A stretch of 64,000 nucleotides of DNA from Acidimicrobiia bacterium. GTDB taxonomy: Bacteria > Actinomycetota > Acidimicrobiia > Acidimicrobiales > UBA8592. Location of the stretch: assembly GCA_030431575.1 (NCBI GenBank), contig JAUIIS010000002.1, positions 3,589 through 67,588 of the forward strand, in the 5' to 3' direction. Below, one piece after another: positions 47,750 through 56,869 of the stretch. The position numbers and the translations under genes are program-made. Numbering within the stretch: the stretch's first letter is position 1; every line of letters starts with the position of its first letter. The notes below the pieces were generated by a model that worked only from the letters and a program-made list of their open reading frames with translations, was not told where the DNA came from and did no database searches.

Positions 47750-48525
47750 CCAACATTCGCATCATCCCGTGCCTCGACGTCGATGCTGGTCGGGTAGTCA
47801 AGGGAACAAATTTCGTCGACTTGGTCGACGCTGGCGATCCCGTTGAACTCGCGGCGCGTTACGACGCTGAAGGCGCAGACGAACTGGTCTTCCTTGACAT
47901 CACGGCGTCGTCAGATCGGCGCGACACCGTTTATGAACTGGTTCGTCGCTGTGCAGAAGAGGTCTTCATTCCGTTCACTATTGGCGGTGGTGTCAGAACC
48001 GTCGAAGACGCCCGTCGGTTGTTGCGCGAAGGAGCCGAGAAGGTTTCTGTCAACTCAGCCGCCGTCGACAACCCACAGCTCATCGCCGATATCTCCAACG
48101 AATTCGGCAGCCAATGCGTTGTGTTGGCTATCGATGCCCGCCGCCAGCCCGAAGGGGCTGAGGTGCCCGAACGTTTCGAGGTCTTTGTGCACGGTGGACG
48201 CACCCCCACCGGTCTCGACGCCATTGGCTGGGCCCAACAGGGCGAGGCGTTGGGGGCCGGCGAGATCTTGTTGACGTCCATGGATCGTGATGGCACCCGT
48301 GACGGCTTCGACAACGTCTTGGTCCGCGCCGTGGCTGAGGCCACCAACATTCCAATCATTGCCAGCGGTGGCGTAGGGTCGCTCGATCACCTCGTGGCTG
48401 GCGTGGTCGAAGGTGGGGCCGACGCGGTACTGGCCGCAAGCATCTTCCACTTTGGTGAGCACACTGTTGCCGAGGCCAAAGCCCATCTCAGCAGCGCTGG
48501 AATTCCGGTCCGGCCGGTTAGCTAG
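47746..48525 (+). CDS. hisF: imidazole glycerol phosphate synthase, cyclase subunit
   Basis: [46 protein letters not shown] and ASGGVG. ATG 47746 overlaps the hisA stop. Confidence 0.95.
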   Translation: MTNIRIIPCLDVDAGRVVKGTNFVDLVDAGDPVELAARYDAEGADELVFLDITASSDRRDTVYELVRRCAEEVFIPFTIGGGVRTVEDARRLLREGAEKVSVNSAAVDNPQLIADISNEFGSQCVVLAIDARRQPEGAEVPERFEVFVHGGRTPTGLDAIGWAQQGEALGAGEILLTSMDRDGTRDGFDNVLVRAVAEATNIPIIASGGVGSLDHLVAGVVEGGADAVLAASIFHFGEHTVAEAKAHLSSAGIPVRPVS

Positions 48526-48588
48526 CGACCGTGCGGGGCAAACGTTGAGGGTCTGACCCCACCGCCCACCGCGAGCGACGTGTGGTAG

Positions 48589-49308
48589 CTAGAACAACTT
48601 GTGGTGGTCGTAAGCCCTGTTGTCGTCGGCGGTTTTTTCGAGCACAACGACACCTTCGGCGGTGAGCTTGAGGGGAAGATCGCGGAGCGAGAAGGGGTCT
48701 GAGATGAGCTTGCGCACAACCCTTGCCGCTTTGACGTGGATGGGTACCCCGGCTGTGGTCTTTACCGGCACTCGCTCATAGGAGCGGTTCTTCATGGCGT
48801 ACATGGCGGCGCTGCGGCAGGCCTTCATGCCAATGTCGTCAAACACGACGACGCCGCCCACGTCGAGCATGAGGTCGATGTAGAAGAAGTCCACCAGCGT
48901 GAAGTCGAACAGGTGCATGCCGTCGATGAAGGCAAAGTCGAACCTGCGACCCTCCGAAAGCAGGGCCGGAAGGGCCTCGTATGAGGGAACCTCTAGCACC
49001 TCAGTGATGCTGTCGAGGCCGGCGCGTTCGAGATTGAGCTTCCCAATGTTGTGGTAGTTGTCCTGCCCTGGGTCAACGGCCACGTGGCTCCCATTTCCCC
49101 GCTGTTTGTGCGCGCCAGCTATGAACAGCGCAGACATGCCATACGCGAGACCGATTTCGATCGAACTCGTGAGGTTGCGTTCGGCGATGAGTTCAGCAAA
49201 GGCTTCGCCCAGGCCGCGCCGAATGGAAGCCGGAAACGGGTTGATAGCTTTGCCGTCGGCATCGTGCACCTGGCGCTCTTTGTAGATCTTGTCGATCAGC
49301 TCTGGCAT
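48589..49308 (-). CDS. class I SAM-dependent methyltransferase (O-methyltransferase family 3-like)
   Basis: SSIEIGLAYGMSALFIA (motif I-like), FDFAFIDGMH and GGVVVFDD; 239 aa. Confidence 0.78.
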   Translation of the reverse strand: MPELIDKIYKERQVHDADGKAINPFPASIRRGLGEAFAELIAERNLTSSIEIGLAYGMSALFIAGAHKQRGNGSHVAVDPGQDNYHNIGKLNLERAGLDSITEVLEVPSYEALPALLSEGRRFDFAFIDGMHLFDFTLVDFFYIDLMLDVGGVVVFDDIGMKACRSAAMYAMKNRSYERVPVKTTAGVPIHVKAARVVRKLISDPFSLRDLPLKLTAEGVVVLEKTADDNRAYDHHKLF

Positions 49309-49346
49309 GCGCGCAGGATACTGCCGCTGCTGGTCACAGAGGTGGT

Positions 49347-50000
49347 CTATTCGTCTCGCGATTGGGACTGGTTCGCTATCTGGTCGACAAAGCCATGGAG
49401 AGCCTCTGCAACCACGTGGAGGCTGCCCGCAAGGAAGTGGTCAGCACCTGGCACAGGCTGAAGGCGACAGTTGCGCCAGTCCTCGGTGGCTTGGTTTGCC
49501 GATGCGGGCGGACGGAACTGGTCGTGGTCGGGCACCAACAAGAGTTTCGGTTTGATGGCCGTTGCTGCTGCCATGTCGTCGGGTTCGACAACCGACAAGG
49601 GAGCAGCGATGGCGAGCCAACCAGCGATCGAGTCGTTGTCCACGGCCAACGCAACATCGGCGCCAAAGGACCAGCCAGCGAGGACAACGGGGCACTGATA
49701 CCGCTCGCTCAGGAGTGCAACAGCGCCAAGAACGTCTTGCTGTTCTCCGACGCCTTTGTCGTGGATCCCGGTCGAGCCACCAACCCCACGGAAATTGAAG
49801 CGCAGAGCCGGTACTTGGTCCTTGATGCAGTGGCGAAAAAGCGCGTCGGGCACAGGCGTGTGCATGTTGCCGCCATACGTGGGGTGGGGGTGGGTGATGA
49901 CAACAGCGAGCGAGGCCGTCGGGGGCGCAAACAGTTCAGCTTCGAGGACTTCGCCATCGGGGGTGTGGACTTGTATTGGTGAAACAGCATCGTCGGTCAC
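49347..50000 (-). CDS. alpha/beta hydrolase-fold protein
   Basis: AVVITHPHPTYGGNMH, LRFNFRGVGGSTG, nucleophile elbow LAGWSFGADVA and C-terminal GADHFL. GTG 50000 (VTDDAVSPIQV) is preferred over ATG 50066. Confidence 0.75.
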   Translation of the reverse strand: MTDDAVSPIQVHTPDGEVLEAELFAPPTASLAVVITHPHPTYGGNMHTPVPDALFRHCIKDQVPALRFNFRGVGGSTGIHDKGVGEQQDVLGAVALLSERYQCPVVLAGWSFGADVALAVDNDSIAGWLAIAAPLSVVEPDDMAAATAIKPKLLLVPDHDQFRPPASANQATEDWRNCRLQPVPGADHFLAGSLHVVAEALHGFVDQIANQSQSRDE

Positions 50001-50026
50001 GCCCAACGAAGGTAGCCTCAACAATC

Positions 50027-50419
50027 GTGGCCAGCGCCAAATCCAACTCAAAGCACTCCAACACATCCAAGCCTGCCAGGGGGACTCACAGCGTCGCCCC
50101 TGAAGAGCGGCTCCCGATCAAGATGCTGAACGACCGCATCTTGGTGGAGATCCCTACCGACGAAGGCGAGAGACGCTCTACCGGTGGCATCCTTATCCCT
50201 GCGACTGCGCAGGTGTCCCGGCGTCTCACGTGGGCTGAAATCAAGGCGGTGGGGCCCAACGTGCGAAGCATGGAGATCGGCGACCAAGTGCTCTTCAACC
50301 CAGAAGACCGCTACGAGGTCGAGGTACGCAACCACGACTACATCATCCTGCGGGAGCGAGATGTGCATGCTGTGGCGGCTGAACGTCTCGAAGAGGGCTC
50401 GACGGGGCTTTACCTGTGA
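50027..50419 (+). CDS. GroES/Cpn10-fold protein with C-terminal extension ending GLYL
   Basis: LPIKMLNDRILVEIP..STGGILIP..AVGPNV..IGDQVLF..YIILRERDVHAVA is colinear with GroES (IKPLEDKILV..SGLVIP..AVGPG..GDTVIY..YLILSARDVLAVV). It carries an extra tail AERLEEGSTGLYL. The stop overlaps the trpE GTG (GTGA). The start is GTG 50027 or ATG 50123. Confidence 0.7.
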   Translation: MASAKSNSKHSNTSKPARGTHSVAPEERLPIKMLNDRILVEIPTDEGERRSTGGILIPATAQVSRRLTWAEIKAVGPNVRSMEIGDQVLFNPEDRYEVEVRNHDYIILRERDVHAVAAERLEEGSTGLYL

Positions 50420-51924
50420 CCTCAACACGCGAGCAGTTTGGCGAGCTCGCAGCGGGACACACCGTCGTGCCCGTCTGGCGTGAACTTGTGGCCGACCTCA
50501 CCACCCCCGTGGCCGCTTTCGCCCGCGTGTGCGGCGACGGACCGGGGTTCCTGCTCGAGTCCGTCGAGAATGGCGAACGTTGGAGCCGCTATTCGTTCAT
50601 TGGCAGAAACCCACTCCTGACCATCACGAAGAGGCCCAGCGGCGTGGACGTCGATGGGGCCCTGCCAGAGGGCATCGAAGTGGGCGACGGCGTGTTGGAC
50701 CTGCTCGAACAGCTCCTTGCACACTTGCGCGCACCCACCGTAGAGGGGCTACCTCCGCTGCACAGCGGCGTCATGGGCTACCTGGGCTACGACATCGTGC
50801 GCGAAGTGGAGCGTCTGCCCAACGTGCCTGTCGACGATCTCGGCCTTCCCGAAGCCATGTTGTCAGTAATTGGCGAGCTTGCGGTCTTCGACCACTGGCG
50901 CCAACGCGTCATCCTGATAGCCAACGTGCTGGTAGCCCAGGACGCCACCGAGGCTGAAGTCGACGCGGCCTATACCGACGCTGTAGCTCGGCTCGACTCG
51001 TTGGCAGCCGACGGTGCGCGTCCGTTGAGCGAACCGTTCTTAGAACCACCCACCGGCGAAGTCGAGCTTCCCGAGGTTCGGTCCTCGATGACTGCTGGCG
51101 AGTACGAGTTGGCCGTCGAAGCCGCAAAAGAACACATCTTGGCTGGCGACATCTTCCAAGTCGTGCTGTCTCAGCGATTCGACTTTGACCTAGAGGCCGA
51201 ACCCTTCGACGTCTACCGGGTTCTGCGCCAGATCAACCCCAGCCCGTACATGTACTTTGTGCGCCAGCCCGACGTATCCCTTGTTGGTTGCTCGCCCGAA
51301 CCCATGGTGCAGCTCCTCGAAGACAGGGTGATTAGCCGCCCCATTGCCGGCACCCGCCGACGCGGTGCCACTGACGAGGAGGACCGAAGGCTTGGAGCCG
51401 AGCTTGCCGAGCACCCCAAGGAAGTCGCCGAACACATCATGTTGGTTGATTTGGCCAGGAATGACGTTGGGCGCGTGGTGTCCTATGGCAGCCTCGAGAT
51501 CGACGAGATGATGACGCTTGAGCGATACAGCCACGTGATGCACCTGACCTCCCAGGTATCGGGCGAACTCGCTGAGCACAAGACCCCCATCGATGTACTT
51601 CGGGCCACGCTGCCTGCCGGCACGGTTTCTGGGGCCCCAAAAGTGCGAGCGATGGAGATCATCGATCAGCTTGAGCCCGTTAAACGTGGCCCCTATGCAG
51701 GCATTGTTGGGTACCTCGACTTCTCCGGCAACATCGACACTGCGATTGCCATTCGTACCATGGTCATCAGTGAGGACCGGGCATCGGTGCAGGCCGGGGC
51801 CGGGATCGTGGCCGACAGCGTGCCCGCAGATGAGAACCAAGAATGTTGGAACAAAGCGCGAGCATTGCTGGCCGCAGTCAAGCCCGCTGAGCGCATGAGC
51901 AGAGCCCGCCAGGAGAACCAGTGA
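50416..51924 (+). CDS. trpE: anthranilate synthase component I
   Basis: LLESVE, FQVVLSQRF, NPSPYMYF, GTVSGAPKVRAMEII and GPYAGIVGY; 502 aa. Confidence 0.95.
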   Translation: MTSTREQFGELAAGHTVVPVWRELVADLTTPVAAFARVCGDGPGFLLESVENGERWSRYSFIGRNPLLTITKRPSGVDVDGALPEGIEVGDGVLDLLEQLLAHLRAPTVEGLPPLHSGVMGYLGYDIVREVERLPNVPVDDLGLPEAMLSVIGELAVFDHWRQRVILIANVLVAQDATEAEVDAAYTDAVARLDSLAADGARPLSEPFLEPPTGEVELPEVRSSMTAGEYELAVEAAKEHILAGDIFQVVLSQRFDFDLEAEPFDVYRVLRQINPSPYMYFVRQPDVSLVGCSPEPMVQLLEDRVISRPIAGTRRRGATDEEDRRLGAELAEHPKEVAEHIMLVDLARNDVGRVVSYGSLEIDEMMTLERYSHVMHLTSQVSGELAEHKTPIDVLRATLPAGTVSGAPKVRAMEIIDQLEPVKRGPYAGIVGYLDFSGNIDTAIAIRTMVISEDRASVQAGAGIVADSVPADENQECWNKARALLAAVKPAERMSRARQENQ

Positions 51925-52811
51925 CTACCGCTACAGTCCCCGCAGCCTTCACCAGTCCAGCTGGTGTGATTGTCGACCGCGACGTTGTCACCGCGTCCGG
52001 GCCTGACACTGACACCTTCCTTCAAGGTCAACTCAGCCAAGACATCGTTGCGCTGGAATCTGGGGCGTCGGCGTGGTCGCTACTGCTTTCGCCTCAGGGC
52101 AAGGTCGAGGCATGGCTACGCGTGACAAGAACCGGCGAGAACGCGCTTGTCATGGACGTCGACGCGGGTGTTGGCCAATCCATGCTCGAACGTCTTGGCC
52201 GTTTCAAGCTTCGTACCAAGTGTGACCTTGCCCTCGAGCACTGGGAGGCATTGGCGGTGCGTTGGGCGCTAGACGCGTCGGCTCCAGATTTGGCTAACGC
52301 TCCGGCGAGTGCCTTGGTTGCTCAAGCCGAGTGGCCCGGGGTCAATGGAGTTGACCTGTTGGCACCCGAGTTCGCTCCAGATGCGATCACCGCGTTGGAT
52401 GTTGCCGAAGCAACTTTGGCCGATTACGAAGCTCTGCGGATTGCTTGTGGCGTGCCCGCTATGGCGACCGAGCTGGCCGATGGTGCCATCGCCGCGGAAG
52501 CGGGGATCGTGGAGCGCAGCGTCAGCTTCACGAAGGGCTGCTACACCGGCCAAGAGCTAGTGGCGCGCATAGATAGCCGCGGCAACAACGTGGCGAAACG
52601 CCTGGTGGGAGTAGTGGCTCTGGACCCTCGAGGCATGCTCATATCGGGGGAGCCGGTCTTGGTCGACGGTGCTGAGGTTGGCGCAGTCACCTCTGCCGCA
52701 GGCAACATTGGTCTCGCCTACCTGAAACGATCCGTTGACTCGCTACCGGTCGAGGCCGCTGTGGGCGACACCCCGGCTGTCCTTCAGAACCTCCCGCTTG
52801 TTTCTCGCTAG
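51921..52811 (+). CDS. ygfZ: YgfZ/GcvT-like folate-binding protein
   Basis: DTDTFLQGQLSQDI, LLLSPQGKV and FTKGCYTGQELVARI (the KGCYxGQE signature). It has a GTGA overlap with trpE. Confidence 0.82.
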   Translation: MTTATVPAAFTSPAGVIVDRDVVTASGPDTDTFLQGQLSQDIVALESGASAWSLLLSPQGKVEAWLRVTRTGENALVMDVDAGVGQSMLERLGRFKLRTKCDLALEHWEALAVRWALDASAPDLANAPASALVAQAEWPGVNGVDLLAPEFAPDAITALDVAEATLADYEALRIACGVPAMATELADGAIAAEAGIVERSVSFTKGCYTGQELVARIDSRGNNVAKRLVGVVALDPRGMLISGEPVLVDGAEVGAVTSAAGNIGLAYLKRSVDSLPVEAAVGDTPAVLQNLPLVSR

Positions 52812-52926
52812 TAGGTTTTGCTCATTCTTTGGCCCGAAGGGCCGATATCTAAGGGTGTATGAGGTCCCGGACGGTTTTGGGGCTTGTTAGTGTCAGCGGT
52901 AGCAGCAAAAAGTCTGTGAGCATTCT

Positions 52927-53502
52927 GTGATGCCTGGGGCAACCCACTACGACATCTTGGGAGTATCTCCAAACGCCGACGCGGTCGCGCTCCGGAAGGC
53001 ATACCTGCACCAGGCACGCATGCATCACCCCGACTTCCATGCCGTCGACGGCCAACGCGAAGACGCCGAGGAACGGATGCGCCTCGTCAATGAAGCGTGG
53101 GCCGTGGTGGGTGACACCACGTCGCGCGAGCGCTACGACCGCGATCTCCGACTCAGTGGGCGGTTGAGCTCCGATGGGGCCGCTCCGGCGGCCAACCGTC
53201 GCCCTCCACCGGCCGACGCGTTTGCCGACGCAGGAAGCTACACCACACCCCCGAAGTGGATCACGGTGGCCCCTGCGCTGGCCCTTGTGTGTGCATTTGG
53301 CAGCTTCGTCGTGGGCTTCATGACAGGGCTTGCGCCCGTTCTGGCAGCGGGGTTGGTGTTTGCCATGTTGGGCGCAATCTTGTTCTTGATTGCCCCCATG
53401 GTGGCGCTGGCACGCTCGAAGCGAGATGATGGTGGCCGTGGCCACGTATCTGGACGCAATCCTTCACCATCACCGTCAACGCGCAAGCGACGACCAGCGT
53501 AG
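52927..53502 (+). CDS. J-domain (DnaJ-like) membrane protein
   Basis: HYDILGVSPNADAVALRKAYLHQARMHHPDFH contains an HPD motif. Two predicted TM helices follow (APALALVCAFGSFVVGFMTGLAPVLAAGLVFAMLGAILFLIAPMVAL), then a basic tail. Confidence 0.72.
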   Translation: MMPGATHYDILGVSPNADAVALRKAYLHQARMHHPDFHAVDGQREDAEERMRLVNEAWAVVGDTTSRERYDRDLRLSGRLSSDGAAPAANRRPPPADAFADAGSYTTPPKWITVAPALALVCAFGSFVVGFMTGLAPVLAAGLVFAMLGAILFLIAPMVALARSKRDDGGRGHVSGRNPSPSPSTRKRRPA

Positions 53503-54226
53503 TTTGAGCGGCCTCATCGAGGTCGCTGCTGGTTGTGAGGCGCCCCGACGCTTCATCGAATCCATCGTCGGTGCCCCTGGGCTGGCGGCGATCACCGAGG
53601 TCAAACGGAGGTCTCCGTCCAAAGGGGACTTGTTCGCCGACCTCGACCCTGCGGTGCTAGCTCAGCAGTATGAACGCGGTGGCGCCTCTTGCCTGTCGGT
53701 GCTGACCGACGGACCACACTTTGGTGGCTCCTCCAACGATCTCGTGGCCGCCCGCTCCGCAGTAGGGCTGCCTGCACTACGCAAGGACTTCACCGTTGAC
53801 CTACGTGACATTTGCGACGCTCGCATCATGGGTGCCGACGCTGTCCTACTGATTGCGGCAGCGCTCGACGATGCTGAGCTCTCTGACTTCCATGCCTTGG
53901 CTGTCGAGCTTGGCCTCGATGTCCTTGTAGAGACACACGACGAGGCAGAGGTAGAACGAGCCCTCGCTATCGATGCCGCGCTCGTTGGGGTGAACCAACG
54001 AGACCTCGTGACGTTTACGGTTGACCAGGAGCGGGCCATTCGTGTGGGTAGAGCCATCCCCGAGGGCGTGGTCAAGGTTGCCGAGAGTGGTGTTCGCGGC
54101 CCTCAAGACGCCGCAGCGCTTGCGGCAGCGGGTTATGACGCCGTCCTCGTGGGCGAGTCTTTGGTGACGTCAGGGGACCCCGAGTCCGCCGTCAGGGCAC
54201 TGATTGGCGACGCCGACGCCAAATGA
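53426..54226 (+). CDS. trpC: indole-3-glycerol phosphate synthase
   Basis: YLDAIL, AAITEVKRRSPSKG, SVLTDGPHFGGS, LRKDFTV and ESGV. Start candidates lie between 53426 and 53438, all overlapping the J-domain ORF out of frame. Confidence 0.92.
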   Translation: MMVAVATYLDAILHHHRQRASDDQRSLSGLIEVAAGCEAPRRFIESIVGAPGLAAITEVKRRSPSKGDLFADLDPAVLAQQYERGGASCLSVLTDGPHFGGSSNDLVAARSAVGLPALRKDFTVDLRDICDARIMGADAVLLIAAALDDAELSDFHALAVELGLDVLVETHDEAEVERALAIDAALVGVNQRDLVTFTVDQERAIRVGRAIPEGVVKVAESGVRGPQDAAALAAAGYDAVLVGESLVTSGDPESAVRALIGDADAK

Positions 54227-54264
54227 CTACGGGCCGGTGACCTGGGGCGAGTATCGTCTGCCGG

Positions 54265-54939
54265 GTGTTCGTAAAGATCTGTGGCATAACCAGCGAAGAA
54301 GACGCCTTGTTGGCTGTCGCTGTTGGTGCAGATGCCGTGGGGTTTGTCTTTGCCCCATCCAAGCGTCAGGTCGCTCCTACCCGGGTGGCCGACATCGTGA
54401 AACGACTTCCGCGAGAAGTCATGACCGTAGGTGTATTCAGGGACGAAACACCCACCCGGATCCGCCAGATCATTAACCAGACGGGCCTTCAGGCCGTGCA
54501 GTTGCACGGGCACGAAAGCCCCGACGTGGTTGCCGAAGTGAAGAACGATGTGCGCACCGTGTTCAAGGCTGTTGTGGCCGGTACACCCGATTTCGAGCAC
54601 GCGGACCGTTTCGGCGCAGATGCCATCTTGGTCGATGCTGCCACACCTGGGTCGGGCCAAGTGTTTGACTGGCGCCTGGCCGAAGGAGCCCCGAGTGGGG
54701 TCCCGCTCATCATGGCGGGCGGCCTCAACCCAGACAACGTGGGCGACGCGATCGACAAGGTGCGTCCTTGGGGTGTCGATGTGTCTTCTGGGGTCGAGCG
54801 CTCTGCCGGAGTAAAGGACCCCAATCTCGTGCGGCTGTTTGTAGCCAATGCCAGGGCTCACACGCCAAAGCTGTACGAGTCAGCGATGCCCTTTGGCGTT
54901 GAACCTTACGATTGGCAGGAGGATGCCACATGGCGATGA
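54265..54939 (+). CDS. trpF: phosphoribosylanthranilate isomerase
   Basis: [32 protein letters not shown] and GGLNPDNV. It has a GTG start and is 224 aa. Confidence 0.9.
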   Translation: MFVKICGITSEEDALLAVAVGADAVGFVFAPSKRQVAPTRVADIVKRLPREVMTVGVFRDETPTRIRQIINQTGLQAVQLHGHESPDVVAEVKNDVRTVFKAVVAGTPDFEHADRFGADAILVDAATPGSGQVFDWRLAEGAPSGVPLIMAGGLNPDNVGDAIDKVRPWGVDVSSGVERSAGVKDPNLVRLFVANARAHTPKLYESAMPFGVEPYDWQEDATWR

Positions 54940-56084
54940 CAGAACCGACGCCCGATGGACGTTTCGGGCGATTCGGTGGACGTTTCGTGCCCGAGAGTCT
55001 GATCCCGGCTTGTGAAGAACTCGAGGTTGCCTTCCGCAAGTACTGGGCGGACGACGCGTTCCGTAGTGAGCTTTCCGGCTTGCTTAACGACTACGCGGGT
55101 CGACCTTCGCCGCTCACCGAATGCCACCGACTTTCAGAAGAGCTGGGCTATCGCGTCCTGTTGAAGCGCGAAGACCTCAACCACACCGGTAGCCACAAGA
55201 TCAACAACGTGCTCGGCCAAGCCCTTCTTGCGAAGCGCATGGGCAAAAGCCGCCTTGTTGCTGAGACCGGTGCGGGTCAGCACGGTGTGGCCTCAGCAAC
55301 TGCAGCGGCACTCTTTGGCATGGAGTGCGTGGTTTATATGGGTGAGGTCGACGTCGAACGCCAGGCGCTGAACGTCTTTCGCATGCGTTTGCTTGGCGCT
55401 GAGGTCCGAACGGCCATGAGCGGTAGCCGGACACTAAAAGACGCCGTCAACGAGGCCATGCGCGACTGGGTGGCAACGGTCGAGGACTCGCACTATTGCC
55501 TTGGTTCTGCCATGGGTCCGCACCCGTACCCGTGGATGGTGCGAGAGTTCCACCGGGTCATAGGGACCGAGGCACGTGAGCAGTGCTTGGCGCTCACCGG
55601 CGCTGATCCCGATGTGGTGACTGCGTGTGTTGGCGGGGGATCAAACGCCATCGGCATCTTCTCGGGCTTTGTCGACACCGACGCCGAACTTGTCGGGGTC
55701 GAGCCCGCTGGTGGGGCGGCCATAGACCGCGGCGTACCCGGGGTAGTCCATGGCAGCCTGTCGTTTCTGATGCAGGACGAAGAGGGCCAGGTCCTCGAAG
55801 CCCAGTCGATCTCGGCCGGCCTCGATTATCCCGGCATCGGCCCAGAACACGCGCACCTCGCCGACAGTGGCCGCGCGCGCTACGAAAAGGTTACCGACGA
55901 CGAAGTTGTCGAAGCGTTCCAGCTTCTGTCGAGGACCGAAGGCATCATCCCCGCGCTCGAACCAGCCCACGCCCTGGCCTGGATGTCGAGAGCGCGAGAA
56001 GAACTCGCGGGCAAAACCGTGTTGTTGAACCTTTCTGGGCGTGGCGACAAGGACGCTGTGCAGATGATGGAGATTCTTGGATGA
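54936..56084 (+). CDS. trpB: tryptophan synthase beta chain
   Basis: [29 protein letters not shown] (PLP lysine), GAGQHGVA and [11 protein letters not shown] 54936 overlaps the trpF stop. Confidence 0.96.
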   Translation: MTEPTPDGRFGRFGGRFVPESLIPACEELEVAFRKYWADDAFRSELSGLLNDYAGRPSPLTECHRLSEELGYRVLLKREDLNHTGSHKINNVLGQALLAKRMGKSRLVAETGAGQHGVASATAAALFGMECVVYMGEVDVERQALNVFRMRLLGAEVRTAMSGSRTLKDAVNEAMRDWVATVEDSHYCLGSAMGPHPYPWMVREFHRVIGTEAREQCLALTGADPDVVTACVGGGSNAIGIFSGFVDTDAELVGVEPAGGAAIDRGVPGVVHGSLSFLMQDEEGQVLEAQSISAGLDYPGIGPEHAHLADSGRARYEKVTDDEVVEAFQLLSRTEGIIPALEPAHALAWMSRAREELAGKTVLLNLSGRGDKDAVQMMEILG

Positions 56085-56866
56085 GTGCGTCGCGTGGAAC
56101 CATCGAAGCGGCGCTGCGGGCGCGACGCGACAGCGGAGGCAAGTGCCTGGTGCCCTATATCACCGGCGGTTTTGAGGGGTACCTCGATGCCATCTCAGCG
56201 GCCGCAGATGCTGGCGCCGACGCCATCGAAGTAGGCATTCCATTCTCGGACCCGGTGATGGATGGCCCCGTCATCCAAGAGGCCAACGAGATTGTGTTGC
56301 GCAACGGGGTCACCCCGGCTTCCATCATCGACGAGGTCGCAACCCTCGATGTCGACGTGCCCATGGCGGTCATGACGTACTACAACATTGCCTTCCGGTT
56401 TGGGCTCGACCGGTTTGCCCAATCGCTCCATGCGGCAGGGATATCGGGAGCAATCCTGCCAGACATGCCACTTGTCGAGGCCGGGCCCTGGGTGGAAGCT
56501 GCCGACAATGGTGGCGTGGAAACCGTTCTCCTAGCTGCGCCAACGACTACTGATGCGCACTTGCCAGCAATCTGTGATCGCAGCCGCGGCTTTGTCTACG
56601 CCGTCGGGCTCTTGGGTGTCACTGGTGTGCGTGACGAACTCGCCGATAGTGCCAAAGTGATCGCTGCCCGCTGCAAAGCAGTTACCGACACGCCGGTGTT
56701 GGTGGGTGTTGGCGTGGGTACTCCTGCACAGGCCGCAGAGGTATCTACCGTGGCCGATGGGTGCGTTGTTGGTACCGCAATTGTGCGCAAGCTCATAGAC
56801 GGAGGCGGCCCCGAAGCTGTGGGGCAGCTCGTGGGCGAGATCCGGACCGCGCTCGACGCTGGCTGA
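56081..56866 (+). CDS. trpA: tryptophan synthase alpha chain
   Basis: [29 protein letters not shown] and GVTG. ATG 56081 overlaps the trpB stop. The rest of ORF 55625 lies inside trpB. Confidence 0.94.
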   Translation: MSASRGTIEAALRARRDSGGKCLVPYITGGFEGYLDAISAAADAGADAIEVGIPFSDPVMDGPVIQEANEIVLRNGVTPASIIDEVATLDVDVPMAVMTYYNIAFRFGLDRFAQSLHAAGISGAILPDMPLVEAGPWVEAADNGGVETVLLAAPTTTDAHLPAICDRSRGFVYAVGLLGVTGVRDELADSAKVIAARCKAVTDTPVLVGVGVGTPAQAAEVSTVADGCVVGTAIVRKLIDGGGPEAVGQLVGEIRTALDAG

Positions 56867-56869
56867 CTG

